Source: Nostoc sp.
Lineage (GTDB): Bacteria; Cyanobacteriota; Cyanobacteriia; Cyanobacteriales; Nostocaceae
Length of the DNA: 64,000 bases
Reading direction: 5' to 3'
NCBI GenBank assembly: GCA_036918135.1
Contig: JBALDB010000005.1
Span: 128,001 to 192,000, forward strand
Position 1 is the stretch's first letter. Each line of letters starts with the position of its first letter. The position numbers were made by a program, and so were the translations under genes. The notes below the pieces were generated by a model. It did no database searches, had not been told where the DNA came from, and was given only the letters and a program-made list of their open reading frames with translations. Positions 45,932 to 57,226 of the stretch are shown here, one piece after another.

Positions 45932-47698
45932 ATGATCCACCACATAATTGGTAAATTACTACAAGGACGTTACCAAATTGTCCAAAGCCTTGGTGCAGGG
46001 GTATTTGGACAAACATACATTGCTCTAGATGTAGATTACCCAGACAATGCCAAATGCGTAGTTAAACTGATCAAAGCTAGCAGTTTTGAATCCAGCTACC
46101 TAGACACGCTGAGGTTACTGTTTTTAACTGAAACCCAAACCCTCAAGCTTTTAGGAAGCCACGAGCAAATTCCTGAATTCATCTCCTGCTTTGAAGAGAA
46201 CAAGCGATTTTATTTGGTGCAAGAGTATATTGAAGGACATGCGCTAACTGCGGAATTACCCATCAATCAGGAGTGGGGGTCTGTATGGAGTGAAAGGGAA
46301 GTTGTAGAATTTTTATTAGATGTCTTAGGTATTCTAGAATTTGTTCATTCTCAAGGCGTTATTCATTGCGATATTAAACCAGAAAACTTAATTAGACGCG
46401 CTGGTGATAGTAAGTTAGTTTTAATTGATTTTGGCTCAATCCAGTCGATTGATTTTGGTATAGGTGCAGAATTGCCTATTCATCGAATTCCCGTCACTTC
46501 ATTGGGATACATACCACCAGAGCAATTTATTGGTGAAACACAGCCCAACAGTGATATTTATGCTCTGGGAATGATTGCTATCCAGGCTTTAACAGGGCTA
46601 GAACCACTACAATTAAAGGTTGCTCCTGATACTAATGAAATTATTTGGCGTTCTCCAAATACGCCAGTTAATGATTATTTAGCTGCTGTTCTCAGCCAAA
46701 TGATCCGCTACGATTACAAAAACCGCTTTCAGTCTGCGGGTGAAGTTCTGCGGGTTCTTCAACAAATAATCTGGGAAAGTCCACCAGTAGAAATATTAAC
46801 AGCAGATAATAAAATTTCTTTAGAAACAACAATTAAAGATGATTTTAAGAATCCTGCTGAAGGAAAATTATCGCCGCTATTGACTGGAATGAAAGTAGGG
46901 CTGGTGGCAAATTCTTTGTTGATGGGATTTGGTGTATATTCTTTAATTAATACTTCAGGTGGTTACTCAGAATCAGAAACTTTAAATCAAGCTAAAAAAG
47001 AATATCAAGCAGGAGATTTACAAGAAGCGATCGCCCTAGCTAAATCAATTCCTGCCCACAGCAATGTTTATCCAGAAGCTCAAGCCACAATTGAGGAATG
47101 GCAGGAGCAATGGCAAGTAGCTGCACAACAATATCAAATAGCTGTAACTGCTTTTAATAAAAGTAGATGGTCAGATGTTGTGGATGCGGCTCGTCAAATT
47201 CCAGATATTTCATACTGGCAATCTAAAATAGATAAATTAGTTCAACAAGCATATATCAATATTGAAGCACAAACCCAAGATTTATTAGCAAAAGCTTACG
47301 AAAGTGCCAACATCAAAGATTTTTCTGGTGCTTTACAATATTTGGGTCAAATTCCTAAAGAAAGTTCTGCTGGTGCTATAGTTCAAGACAAATTGGCTGA
47401 ATACAATCGCAAACGGCAAATCAGAGCAGCTTATTTTTTGAACAAAGCTTACAATCAAGCATCAATTGGTGATTTTAATAGCGCTATCAAGTTACTGAAA
47501 AATATTCCTCAGGATACTTTAGTTTCTGCTGAAGCTCAACTCAAATTGAATGAATATATTCGAAAGCAACGCGTGCTGGCTGAACATCAAAAGGTAGCTT
47601 CTGCAAAAAAAGCAAATTCATTTATTCCAAAAAACTTTGATACTAAGATTGAATATCTTCAAGGAGTAAATTACCTGGAAGAGGTTAATATCCGCTAG
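45932..47698 (+). CDS. Ser/Thr protein kinase with TM helix and C-terminal helical repeats
   Basis: LGAGVFGQTY, CVVK, IHCDIKPENL, LIDFG, SDIYALG. Confidence 0.9.
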   Translation: MIHHIIGKLLQGRYQIVQSLGAGVFGQTYIALDVDYPDNAKCVVKLIKASSFESSYLDTLRLLFLTETQTLKLLGSHEQIPEFISCFEENKRFYLVQEYIEGHALTAELPINQEWGSVWSEREVVEFLLDVLGILEFVHSQGVIHCDIKPENLIRRAGDSKLVLIDFGSIQSIDFGIGAELPIHRIPVTSLGYIPPEQFIGETQPNSDIYALGMIAIQALTGLEPLQLKVAPDTNEIIWRSPNTPVNDYLAAVLSQMIRYDYKNRFQSAGEVLRVLQQIIWESPPVEILTADNKISLETTIKDDFKNPAEGKLSPLLTGMKVGLVANSLLMGFGVYSLINTSGGYSESETLNQAKKEYQAGDLQEAIALAKSIPAHSNVYPEAQATIEEWQEQWQVAAQQYQIAVTAFNKSRWSDVVDAARQIPDISYWQSKIDKLVQQAYINIEAQTQDLLAKAYESANIKDFSGALQYLGQIPKESSAGAIVQDKLAEYNRKRQIRAAYFLNKAYNQASIGDFNSAIKLLKNIPQDTLVSAEAQLKLNEYIRKQRVLAEHQKVASAKKANSFIPKNFDTKIEYLQGVNYLEEVNIR

Positions 47699-47719
47699 TT
47701 ACATTTAGGGTTAAATTTC

Positions 47720-49012
47720 TCAAATGGGTAGTTCAATGATGAACTCTATACCTTCACCTGGGTTAGAATTGTATGTGAGCTTGCCGTGATGATTATTCAC
47801 CACAATTTGATAAGCAATAGATAGACCAAGCCCTGTACCTTTACCGACGGGTTTTGTTGTGTAAAAGGCATTGAATATTTTTGTTTGGTCTGCTTTGTTT
47901 ATACCTGAGCCATTGTCGGCAATTCTAAAAATAACTTGCTTTCCAATTACCTCTGTTTGGAGTTTAATTACACCAGGATGTAATGAAATTTCTGGAAAAC
48001 TTTTATTTTTATGTGTTTCTTCAATTGCATCGATCGCATTAGAAATCAAATTCATAAAAACCTGATTAATTTCGCCAGGAAAACACTTAATCAAAGGCAA
48101 GTTTCCATATTCTTTGATTATTTGGATGGCTGGGCGATGAGCGTTTGCTTTAAATCGATGTCCGAGAATGAGTAGCGTACTTTCTATCCCTTCATGTAAG
48201 TTAGCTAATTTTTTACCAGCTTCTCTGTGTCGGGAAAAGTTGTTTAAAGATGAGACAATTTCTATAACGCGACTTGTCCCGACTTGCATGGATTGAATAA
48301 TTTTAAATAAATCATTTAATAAAAAGTTAATATCATTTTTTTGAATTGCAGTTTGAATTTCATCTGGTGGATTGGGTAGATATTTTTGATAGAGATGCAG
48401 TAAACTAACTATCTCTTGTACATACTTTTCCATGAAATTTAAGTTGCCAGCTATAAAATTGATCGGATTATTAACTTCATGAGCAATTCCTGCTGTCAGT
48501 TGACCTAAAGCAGCTACCTTTTCTGCTTGAATAAGGTGAGTTTGAGTCTGTTCTAATTCGGTATTTTTAGCGATTAAGGTTTTTGTCAAATTTCTCAGCT
48601 TCAGGTGATTTTCGATCCGCACCAAGACTTCTTCATACTGAAAAGGTTTGGTAATGTAGTCTACAGCTCCCAATTGCAAACCTTTGACTTTATCAGCAGT
48701 TTCTGCTAGGGCTGTCATAAAAATGACTGGAATATCTTGGACACGAGGATTACTTTTTAGCTGTTTACAGGTTTCAAAACCATCTAAACCGGGCATCATC
48801 ACATCCAACAAGATTAAATCGGGTAAATCATCATTTTCTAATCGCCCAAGGGCTTTCTCACCGCTGCGTGCTGCCCAAACTTCAAAGCTAGACCGATCTA
48901 GAAAGCTGGATAAAACTTGTAAATTGGCAGGGTTATCGTCAACGACTAAAACAATTCCCCTAGAAGGAGCGTAATCGCTGGAATTTTTTTGGTCTTCAAT
49001 AGTCGTTTTCAT
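47720..49012 (-). CDS. Hybrid response regulator-histidine kinase
   Basis: REC (VVDD, LLDVMMP, ITKP), H-box AHEVNNP, G boxes DNGSGI and GKGTGLGL. Confidence 0.92.
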   Translation of the reverse strand: MKTTIEDQKNSSDYAPSRGIVLVVDDNPANLQVLSSFLDRSSFEVWAARSGEKALGRLENDDLPDLILLDVMMPGLDGFETCKQLKSNPRVQDIPVIFMTALAETADKVKGLQLGAVDYITKPFQYEEVLVRIENHLKLRNLTKTLIAKNTELEQTQTHLIQAEKVAALGQLTAGIAHEVNNPINFIAGNLNFMEKYVQEIVSLLHLYQKYLPNPPDEIQTAIQKNDINFLLNDLFKIIQSMQVGTSRVIEIVSSLNNFSRHREAGKKLANLHEGIESTLLILGHRFKANAHRPAIQIIKEYGNLPLIKCFPGEINQVFMNLISNAIDAIEETHKNKSFPEISLHPGVIKLQTEVIGKQVIFRIADNGSGINKADQTKIFNAFYTTKPVGKGTGLGLSIAYQIVVNNHHGKLTYNSNPGEGIEFIIELPI

Positions 49013-51441
49013 ACTGTTTCCACCGCATATTGAGTCAAGAAATTGAGGATTAAATCTTCATCAAATTGCCTTGCTAGTTGCCGTAGTTCGCGAGCAAATG
49101 ACACGAAGGTTGCGTCTGCCTCAAGTCGATCGGCACACTTGAGAATGGCATTGAAGTTACCTTTACTGGCTAAGGTGACTAATTCCTGCAAGACTTCGGG
49201 GGAAGGAGGAGTTAATTGAGTGGATTGGCTAGTTACTGTGGTTGCTTGTTTGGTATTTACTATTTCAGGCTGAGACTGCTTGTAAATCCATACTAAATTT
49301 AAGAGGCTTTCTAGTTGCTGCAATAATTCATCTGCCTGCACAGGTTTGCTAAGGAACTCATTACCTCCAGCTTGCAGACTGCGATGTTGGTCAGTTTCAA
49401 AGACACTAGCGGAAGAGACGATAATTTTGACATCTTGAATTTCTGGAGTGTGACGCAGATGTTGAATCAATTCAAATCCATCCATTTCTGGCATCAGCAA
49501 ATCTGTAACGATTAAGTCTGGCTTGAGGGCGATCGCTTTTTCTAAACCTTCTTTACCGTTGCTGGCTTCAACTACATTAAAACCCAGTGGTTGCAGTAAG
49601 TTGGTAATCACTGTGCGATTCTCCCAGCGATCGTCAACCATCAGAATGGTGTAGGGGCTACCCTCAAAGCCAATGATTTGTTTATCTGATGCAGTCATTG
49701 CAGACTTTACCCAGTCAGTCGCTTGAGAAATCTCCAATTCAAACCAGAAGCTACTCCCACGACCAATCTGACTCTTAACATGGATATCGCTACCCATCAT
49801 CTGTACTAACTGTCGAGTAATAGCTAAACCTAAGCCTGTACCTTCAGCTTGGCGCTTTTTCTCACCTACTTGTTCAAATGGCAAGAAAATTTGGCTCAAT
49901 TGGGCGGGACTTATACCAATTCCCGTGTCTTCTACACTAAAACGAAGGCGATGTTTATCTTTGTACCCATCAGTGGAAAGTCGCTCGATGACTTCAACTT
50001 TGAAACTAACCTCACCCTCATCTGTAAATTTGATTGCATTTCCCAGGAGATTCAATAGTACCTGACGTAATCTTTTGACATCAACATGAACCGCTTTAGG
50101 CAAATTAATCGCAGGTTCGTAGACAAACAAAATCCCCTTTTGTTTTGCCCTGAGGTGAGAGATTTCGACAATTCCTTGGAGAAAAGAGGGGAAATACACA
50201 TCCTGGGGATATAGTTCTAGCTTTTTCGCTTCAATTTTTGAGAGATCCAATATGTCATTAATTAAAGTCAGCAGATGAGAACCGCATTGTTCGATAATAC
50301 TCAGGTGATATTGCTGTTGTTCGGGTAAAGCTGGGGAACGCAGCAAAATTTGGGCACAACCGAGAATCCCATTCAAAGGCGTTCGCAGTTCATGACTCAT
50401 GTTGGCTAAAAATTCGCTTTTAGCATGATTGGCTGTATCAGCCGCCGCTTTAGACTTTTTGAGTTGAGCTTGTTCAAATGCTTGTACCTGCCACAAGACA
50501 GTAATCATGGTGATTGTCAGTCCACCGACAATTAAGGCAATCAAATCCAAATATTGCAATCGAGATTCGATATTTTGGCGAGGAATTACCAAAGCCACAG
50601 ACCAATTAGCCTGAGTTAATGGTAGATAAGCTACATACTTTTGAGTGCCGTCAATTTCCATCAACTCAATTCCCTGTTGTTTGTTTACCATCCGTTGGGC
50701 GATCGCATTTAAATTGCGATCGTTTATTTTCAGCAGGCTGGATGCAGGTTTTTCTAAAGTTGAGATGAACGTGGAATTAGGATGGACGATTGCTTGTCCT
50801 TGGGAATTGAGCGCAAAAGCATAGCTATTAGCGCCGTAGTGCAGCGAATTGACAACCCCTGCAATGCGATCGACTTTCACATTGCCCTGGAAAGCCCCGA
50901 TTGGTGAACTACTGCTAAAAGAATTTGACCAAATCGGAGTCGAGATTGCAATTAAAGGAATTCCTGTAGAACGGCTAATGAATGGATCGGAAATGTTGCT
51001 CTTTCCCGCAATTGCTTTTTGAAAGTAGTCTCGATCCTGAATATTTTTATTCGAGCGACCAACTTTTGTATTGGAATATGAACCATCTGGGTTAGCTATT
51101 TGAAACAAGAAAAATTCATCGATCCGCTTAACTTCTGCCTTTAAATAAGGTTCTGCCACAGACCAATTTAAGGAACGTACAGTTGAAGTATTCGCCAGGG
51201 TTTGTACCTCCGCTTTGCGAACATGTAACCACTCTTCAATTTCCGCAACCCCTCTATGTACCTCTAAAAAAGCGCTCTGTCGCAAATCTTTGAGCATCAA
51301 ATTTCTCGCAGCTTGATAGCTAAAATAAGCAGAGATACTGACTACAAGAGTAGTGCCGCCAAGAATAAATCGAATCAGTAAATTTTGTGAGTGATGATTT
51401 CCTCTATCAAATAGCGCTCGGCTGGAGTTTTCTTGTATCAA
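49009..51441 (-). CDS. Cache-domain hybrid sensor histidine kinase with REC
   Basis: TM-Cache-TM, FLANMSHELRTPLNG, NAIKFT, GTGLGL, C-terminal REC. Confidence 0.92.
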   Translation of the reverse strand: MIQENSSRALFDRGNHHSQNLLIRFILGGTTLVVSISAYFSYQAARNLMLKDLRQSAFLEVHRGVAEIEEWLHVRKAEVQTLANTSTVRSLNWSVAEPYLKAEVKRIDEFFLFQIANPDGSYSNTKVGRSNKNIQDRDYFQKAIAGKSNISDPFISRSTGIPLIAISTPIWSNSFSSSSPIGAFQGNVKVDRIAGVVNSLHYGANSYAFALNSQGQAIVHPNSTFISTLEKPASSLLKINDRNLNAIAQRMVNKQQGIELMEIDGTQKYVAYLPLTQANWSVALVIPRQNIESRLQYLDLIALIVGGLTITMITVLWQVQAFEQAQLKKSKAAADTANHAKSEFLANMSHELRTPLNGILGCAQILLRSPALPEQQQYHLSIIEQCGSHLLTLINDILDLSKIEAKKLELYPQDVYFPSFLQGIVEISHLRAKQKGILFVYEPAINLPKAVHVDVKRLRQVLLNLLGNAIKFTDEGEVSFKVEVIERLSTDGYKDKHRLRFSVEDTGIGISPAQLSQIFLPFEQVGEKKRQAEGTGLGLAITRQLVQMMGSDIHVKSQIGRGSSFWFELEISQATDWVKSAMTASDKQIIGFEGSPYTILMVDDRWENRTVITNLLQPLGFNVVEASNGKEGLEKAIALKPDLIVTDLLMPEMDGFELIQHLRHTPEIQDVKIIVSSASVFETDQHRSLQAGGNEFLSKPVQADELLQQLESLLNLVWIYKQSQPEIVNTKQATTVTSQSTQLTPPSPEVLQELVTLASKGNFNAILKCADRLEADATFVSFARELRQLARQFDEDLILNFLTQYAVETV

Positions 51442-52044
51442 GGGTTAGCTCCTTAATCACATAGTTCAACAAGCAGAAATTCTAGGTTAAGCCAATGCGC
51501 GCTTAAACTATATACAGCACTTTTCTTTTACATGAAGTATAAAGTTACAGGTTTTGAGGCAGAAGGTAGAAACTCTTTATATTTGATATGTGAGTCTTAC
51601 GTTTTGTACCTCATTTACTTGCAAACTGCTGTAAATACTCTTTATGGTTGTTGACTGTTAACTGTTGACAGTTATCAGTCATCAGGTAAATGTATAAGTT
51701 AAATGCATAACAGCTTATCTTTAGATTGCCCAAGAAATTACCGTTGCTCACAGCTTTTGGTAAAATTATTAAGAAATTTATATTAAAAGCTAAAAGTATA
51801 AAAAGAAAAATAAAATTCCCGTCGATAACAGTCACTGGACTTAGAAAGTGACTGTGAAATTTAAAAGCGTAATAGCTTATACCAATTCTCTATGAAGATG
51901 CGCCTAATTATTTTGGGATATAGTAAATTATCTTTATCAAACCTCAGCCTACCTACCTTGGGGGAAGGCGAAGCGCCTATGCGTTGAAAAACCCTAACGT
52001 TTAGCGCAGCTTGATAAAAAAACGATATTACAGCACAGCATAAA

Positions 52045-52143
52045 TAAACTACCCATTCCAAATCAATAAACTGCTTGCGGTTTAGTAATTACGTAGCTTG
52101 CTTCTCGCATAAATGCGAGTATTACGAATTATGCCAAGTACTA
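52045..52143. repeat. Dispersed MITE-like repeat (second copy at ~57127-57228)
   Basis: ATTCCAAATCAAT...TAGTAATTACGTAGCTTGCTTCTCG...GCGAGTATTACGAATTA is shared by both loci. Confidence 0.75.
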
Positions 52144-54273
52144 CTAACGCGTCGTCTGCGGTGGATTGGTGGAATTAGGAAGCGGGATAGTTGGTACAAT
52201 TACAGACTTTGGTTTTTCGGCTTGTAGTTGAATTTGGGCTTGGTCGCGGGCGTTTATTGCTTGATGATAATTAGGCTTATATTTTATAGCTCGATCGTAA
52301 GATGCGATCGCATCTTGATAGCGTTGCAATTTTGATAGAGCATTGCCTCTACTATACCAGCTTTCGTAATGGCCTGGTTGATAACGAACTGCTTTATCAT
52401 AAGATGCGATCGCTTCTGCATATTTTTGCAAATTATATTGGGAATTACCTAAATTATACCAAAGTTGATAATCGTTTCTCTTCAAATTTGCTGCTTTTTT
52501 ATAGGATTCTATTGCTGCTTCATAACGTTGGGTTTGATGCATTGACCAACCCATGTTATACCATGCTTGATAATTACTAGGATTATATTTAATTACTTGA
52601 TTAAAAGATTCAATTGCATCCGGGTAACGTTGTAAATTCATCAGAATATTACCTCTAGACAACCAAGCTTGATAAAAATTCGGCTTGTATTGTACTGCTT
52701 TATCATAAGCTGTAAAAGCCTCTTCATAGCGTTGTAAATTAACTAGGGCATTACCCCAATTGTACCAAGCTAAAACGTAGTCTGGTTTGAATTCAACGAC
52801 CTTTTGAAAAGCAGCGATCGCATCTTGATATCGTTTTAAATTTTTTAAAGCTAATCCTTTTTTGTACCAAGCTTCAAAGTCATCTGATTTTAATTCAATT
52901 GCCTTTTCATAAGATTCAATTGCTTGGTCATATTGCCCTAAACTACTTAAAGCTTCACCTTTCGCATTCCAAATTTGGTAATTTTTATTATTTAATTCTA
53001 AGGCTTTGTTAAAAGAGGCGATCGCTTCTTGATAGCGCTGCAAATTTCCCAAGACATAACCTCGTCCAATCCAAGCCTCTAAATAATCTGGCTTGATTTG
53101 AATTGCTTTGTCATACGCTGCTAGAGCTTCTTTATATTTTTTCAATTCAAAAAGCGTTTTGCCTTGACCATTCCATCCTTGAGCATAATCTGGTCTAATA
53201 TTAACTGCTTTTTCATATACTGCTAACGCTTCTTGATAGCGTTGTAAATCAAAAAGCGTATTTCCTTGTTTAGATAATTCTATGGCATTATTAGAATTAA
53301 TCTGATTCAAAAGAAATATTGATGCTACTCCACTCAAACCAAACAAAAGTATTACTAATACCAACTTCCTAAATAAACCTTTTTTTGGTTGAGGATTTTT
53401 TATCTTATTTTGTGGGGCAATAGGAGTCAACGCTATTGTTTCAGCCGGGGGTTGTGTTAACTCTTGCAGTGCTTTTAATGCCACCGTTGCCGAAGGGTAG
53501 CGTTGCCGAAAATCATAGCACACCATTTTATCTAAAAATTGAGCAAAATCTGGTGTAACTATGGTTTTATTCTGCCAGATAATTTCATTAGTTTCGGCAT
53601 CTTTTACCATTTCTTCGGGAGATAATCCAGTCAGAGCTTGAATAGCAATTATCCCTGTAGCATAGATATCACTGCTTAATTTTGGCGTCCCATGAGCCTG
53701 TTCGCTAGCAATATATCCAGGTGTACCAATAGCAACAGTACATTGAATTGAATTTTGGGGAGTAATAACTTGGGTAGCAATTTGTTTAACTGCACCGAAA
53801 TCAATTAAGATTAACTTGCCATCTAACTGGCGTCTGAGAATATTTCGAGGATTGACATCGCGGTGGATTACATTCTGTTGATGTACGAATTCTAAGATCG
53901 TCAAAATTTCTTGTAGAAGTGAAATCACTTGGTCTTGATTCCAAGTTTTCCCTGGTATTAATTCTTTACTTAAGTCATGACCTTCAATTAATTCCTGAAC
54001 GAGATAAAATTCGGCGTTTTCCTCAAAATAAGCTAAAAGTTGGGGAATGCGATCGTGAGTACCTAATTTGTACAAAACTTGAGCTTCTGTATCAAATAAA
54101 CGCCTCGCAGTTTCTAAAGTTACTGGGTCATTTGCTTGGGGTTTGAGTTTTTTGACTACACATAAAGGCGAACCGGGTAATTGAGTATCATAAGCAACAA
54201 AAGTTTCACCAAAACCCCCACCTCCCAAATTACTAATAATTTGGTATCTTCCAACAAGTGTGTTTCCCAGCAT
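52144..54273 (-). CDS. Ser/Thr protein kinase with TM and TPR repeats
   Basis: Start MLGNTLVGRY; LGGGGFGET, HRDVNPRN, DFG; about 10 TPRs (AWYN.GNAL..LQRY.EAIASYDKA). Confidence 0.92.
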   Translation of the reverse strand: MLGNTLVGRYQIISNLGGGGFGETFVAYDTQLPGSPLCVVKKLKPQANDPVTLETARRLFDTEAQVLYKLGTHDRIPQLLAYFEENAEFYLVQELIEGHDLSKELIPGKTWNQDQVISLLQEILTILEFVHQQNVIHRDVNPRNILRRQLDGKLILIDFGAVKQIATQVITPQNSIQCTVAIGTPGYIASEQAHGTPKLSSDIYATGIIAIQALTGLSPEEMVKDAETNEIIWQNKTIVTPDFAQFLDKMVCYDFRQRYPSATVALKALQELTQPPAETIALTPIAPQNKIKNPQPKKGLFRKLVLVILLFGLSGVASIFLLNQINSNNAIELSKQGNTLFDLQRYQEALAVYEKAVNIRPDYAQGWNGQGKTLFELKKYKEALAAYDKAIQIKPDYLEAWIGRGYVLGNLQRYQEAIASFNKALELNNKNYQIWNAKGEALSSLGQYDQAIESYEKAIELKSDDFEAWYKKGLALKNLKRYQDAIAAFQKVVEFKPDYVLAWYNWGNALVNLQRYEEAFTAYDKAVQYKPNFYQAWLSRGNILMNLQRYPDAIESFNQVIKYNPSNYQAWYNMGWSMHQTQRYEAAIESYKKAANLKRNDYQLWYNLGNSQYNLQKYAEAIASYDKAVRYQPGHYESWYSRGNALSKLQRYQDAIASYDRAIKYKPNYHQAINARDQAQIQLQAEKPKSVIVPTIPLPNSTNPPQTTR

Positions 54274-54497
54274 CTTGTTTACCCACTGTAAGTGCGATGC
54301 GATCTGATTTTGATTTTGCCACAGGTTAAGGGAGAGTGGCGAAATGGGGAGATGAGGAAGACACAGGGACGACGAAATGGGGGTGCAAACAGAAGTCTCA
54401 GCATCGGCTTGGGACGATGTAAACTTCTCCTTCAAAGACGCTCTTGCTAGCTTATTTAAGAGCAAGGGTACGGGGAACGCAAAGAAAAACTAATTAC

Positions 54498-54545
54498 AAA
54501 TGACAAATGACTAATAACTAATGACCAATGACTAATGACTATTGA
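54498..54545. repeat. STRR-type heptamer tandem repeat (CAAATGA/CTAATGA)
   Basis: CAAATGACAAATGACTAATAACTAATGACCAATGACTAATGACTATTGA. Confidence 0.75.
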
Positions 54546-54573
54546 TAAATAACCATTGATAAATGATAAATCC

Positions 54574-55281
54574 ATGATTCCTATTAGTGATAATATTCGT
54601 TGTTGGAATAAGCCGATAATTAATTACTGGTTAATTGGCATTAATATTACTGTATTCTTATGGGAACTGAAACTAGAATTTAGTGATGAATTGGGCTATT
54701 TTGTCAATAGTTGGGGTGTGATTCCGGCGCAAATTACTAATGCAATTACAAATGCTATTTTTTTGAACTATGCGGCTTGGATAGTTGTGGTTTGGCGTTT
54801 ATTTTCCCTAATTTTTGGAATATTTTTGCATGGAAGTTTTAGCCAAATCTTAGGAAATATGCTATTTTTATGGGTCTTCGGGAAGACTGTAGAAAATATT
54901 CTCGGACATAGACGCTATCTAGAATTTTACTTAGCGGCTGGCATTATCACAGGGGTGGCACAGATTTTAGCTCAACCAAGTTTGACAGTACCATTGATTG
55001 GGGCAAATGGGGCGATCGCAGCAATTTTAGGAGCATACATCAGCAAGTTTCCTCAAGCAAAAATTGACTCTGTTTTGCCGCTCATAATTGTATATATCCC
55101 CATCGAACTCCCAGCCTTTTTCTATATATTTTGGTGGTTTGTACAACAAATATTTTATGGTATTGGTAGTTTGAATATTCCCCCCAGTGGTGTAAATCAA
55201 TCTGGTGCTGTTTACTGGGGACAGGTTGTAGGATTAGTGATTGGTGCAACTTTTATGCGATTTAGGACGTTTGCCAGATGA
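54574..55281 (+). CDS. Rhomboid-family intramembrane protein, catalytic residues apparently absent
   Basis: MIPISD start, FLHGSFSQILGNMLFLWVFG..VE, GANGAIAAILGAY, VYWGQVVG. Confidence 0.85.
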   Translation: MIPISDNIRCWNKPIINYWLIGINITVFLWELKLEFSDELGYFVNSWGVIPAQITNAITNAIFLNYAAWIVVVWRLFSLIFGIFLHGSFSQILGNMLFLWVFGKTVENILGHRRYLEFYLAAGIITGVAQILAQPSLTVPLIGANGAIAAILGAYISKFPQAKIDSVLPLIIVYIPIELPAFFYIFWWFVQQIFYGIGSLNIPPSGVNQSGAVYWGQVVGLVIGATFMRFRTFAR

Positions 55282-55869
55282 GAAACAGCGCCGACTTACA
55301 GCAGAATTTAGAATTAAAATAGGATTTATAGCCGTAGTCACACCCTTTAGGACATAAGGATGGGGTGAAAGAAGAGAGTTAGCAATAGTTTTACCTCCAG
55401 CAAGAACTGCCCTCTGCCGACGCTCTCTACGAGATGCTGCGCGTACGCGGACTCGGCTTAGCTGCGCTATCCTGCCTCCTGCTATATATCTGGTGAAGCT
55501 ATAGCAAAATTGGTAAATTTCCCAATGGGAGTAGGTTCTGTGCCTAGCTACCAGACGCAGATGGTGTACTATCACGCTTGTTGAAATCTGCTGTATCTAC
55601 ATCGGCACTCTCAAGCTTGGCAGAACATAAATATAATAGAATTACTATATATCTGTTGACTGATATTATTAAGTTAATTTCAGAGAAGAAGGCAGACAAC
55701 TAGTAACTAGAGTGCTTGATATGAAGCTATTTTGAACTTTTTAATTTTTAATTCTTTGTTTATATACCTTTTGATAGATTGTATTTTTAACCGGAAAAAT
55801 CCATACTCTTCAAGCTAGGGGATGCCTACTGTTGAGGTTGGTATTGTTTAGTTATCAGCGGTACGAAAG

Positions 55870-56412
55870 ATGCCAATTGTTAATATAGTGCATGAGGAAA
55901 AAGTTGAAGTTGCAAGTCTTGGAGAACAATTCAATCCAACTTTCAGCCTAAACTTACCGCTATTAGTCACAAATGAACCCATCGGACATGAGGAGAATCA
56001 GTCTTTAGTTTCTGAGTCTGACAGCCCATTCACCAGAAACACTCAGGTTTTGCTGGTGGACGATGACCCAGATATCCGCGACTTATTGACGTTTATTTTG
56101 CAAGATTACGGTGTAGAGGTAACCGCCGTTGCATCAGCACCAGAAGCATTACAAGCATTGTCTGACTCGATACCAGATGTTTTGATCAGTGATATTGGAA
56201 TGCCAAAGACAGATGGTTATATGCTGATGCGTGAAGTGAGAAAGCGATCGCCTCAACAAGGAGGACACGTACCAGCGATCGCTCTGACGGCCTATGCTGG
56301 GGATACGAATCAGCAGCAAGCACTAGCAGCAGGATTCCAAATGCATATTCCCAAACCAATAGATCCAGATGAATTAATCAAGGCGATCGTTGATTTGATG
56401 AATGCAAGCTGA
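55870..56412 (+). CDS. Single-domain response regulator (REC)
   Basis: VLLVDDDPD, LISDIGMP, AIALTAYA, HIPKP. Confidence 0.88.
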   Translation: MPIVNIVHEEKVEVASLGEQFNPTFSLNLPLLVTNEPIGHEENQSLVSESDSPFTRNTQVLLVDDDPDIRDLLTFILQDYGVEVTAVASAPEALQALSDSIPDVLISDIGMPKTDGYMLMREVRKRSPQQGGHVPAIALTAYAGDTNQQQALAAGFQMHIPKPIDPDELIKAIVDLMNAS

Positions 56413-56481
56413 TACTAGTACAACAAAGCAGTTTAATTCTATTTTATCAATTTGCAAAAGACAAAAATTTGTGACTGTAGC

Positions 56482-56937
56482 TTAATAAGCAGACCGAGCT
56501 AACCAATAAACGGTTATACCCAAAGCCGACCCAGCTATTACCTGAACTGGTGTATGTCCAAGTAATTCCTTAAGACGGTCTTGACTAAAGTCTGGTTTTT
56601 CATCAAATAATTCATCAATCATTTGATTGAGGATACGAGCTTGCTTACCAGCCGCTTGGCGAACTCCGGCTGCATCGTACATGACGATGATCGCAAAAAT
56701 CATTGCTAATGCAAAATCAGCAGATGCCCAACCAAGCGTTTGCCCTACACCAGCAGCTAGAGCCGTAACTAAAGCTGAGTGGGCACTGGGCATACCTCCA
56801 GTTGTTACTAAAACACGTACATTTAGCTTGCGATTTTTGATAATCTCGATTACGAGCTTTAATGCTTGAGCAATTAAACAAGCTGTCAGAGCAACCAGCA
56901 GCACCCGGTTGTCTAAAATGTTGCCTATGTCCTGCAT
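56482..56937 (-). CDS. Divergent PAP2 family protein (DUF212)
   Basis: TTGGMPSAHSA, VMYDAAGVR, LKELLGHTP. Confidence 0.92.
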   Translation of the reverse strand: MQDIGNILDNRVLLVALTACLIAQALKLVIEIIKNRKLNVRVLVTTGGMPSAHSALVTALAAGVGQTLGWASADFALAMIFAIIVMYDAAGVRQAAGKQARILNQMIDELFDEKPDFSQDRLKELLGHTPVQVIAGSALGITVYWLARSAY

Positions 56938-57226
56938 GGTATTGTGGTTAGATTAGTAATATGAGCAGCAGTTGTTGGTTGAGGAAACATTTAGATTCAA
57001 CCCAAAATCCCAAATTAAGCTAGTAGATTGCGGCGAAAATACCTCGACCGTTAAAAATAGACAAAAAGTTTATGCTGTAAGCATTTAGTGCCTTTTGCCT
57101 TTTTGTACTAGTACAGCGAGCGCGTAAATCAATCACCGATTCCAAATCAATGAAACGCTTGTGGTATAGTAATTACGTAGCTTGCTTCTCGTCAAAGGCG
57201 AGTATTACGAATTACGTTAAGCAGTA

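Noticed and set aside
53690..53870. Kinase motif variants HRDVNPRN and ASE as evidence of a pseudokinase
   Set aside because: The Gly loop, VVK lysine, catalytic Asp/Asn and DFG are retained. Inactivity cannot be supported from sequence alone.
54274..54465. N-terminal extension of the TPR kinase
   Set aside because: Derived from intergenic repeat DNA; kinase homology starts at MLGNTLVGRY (54273).
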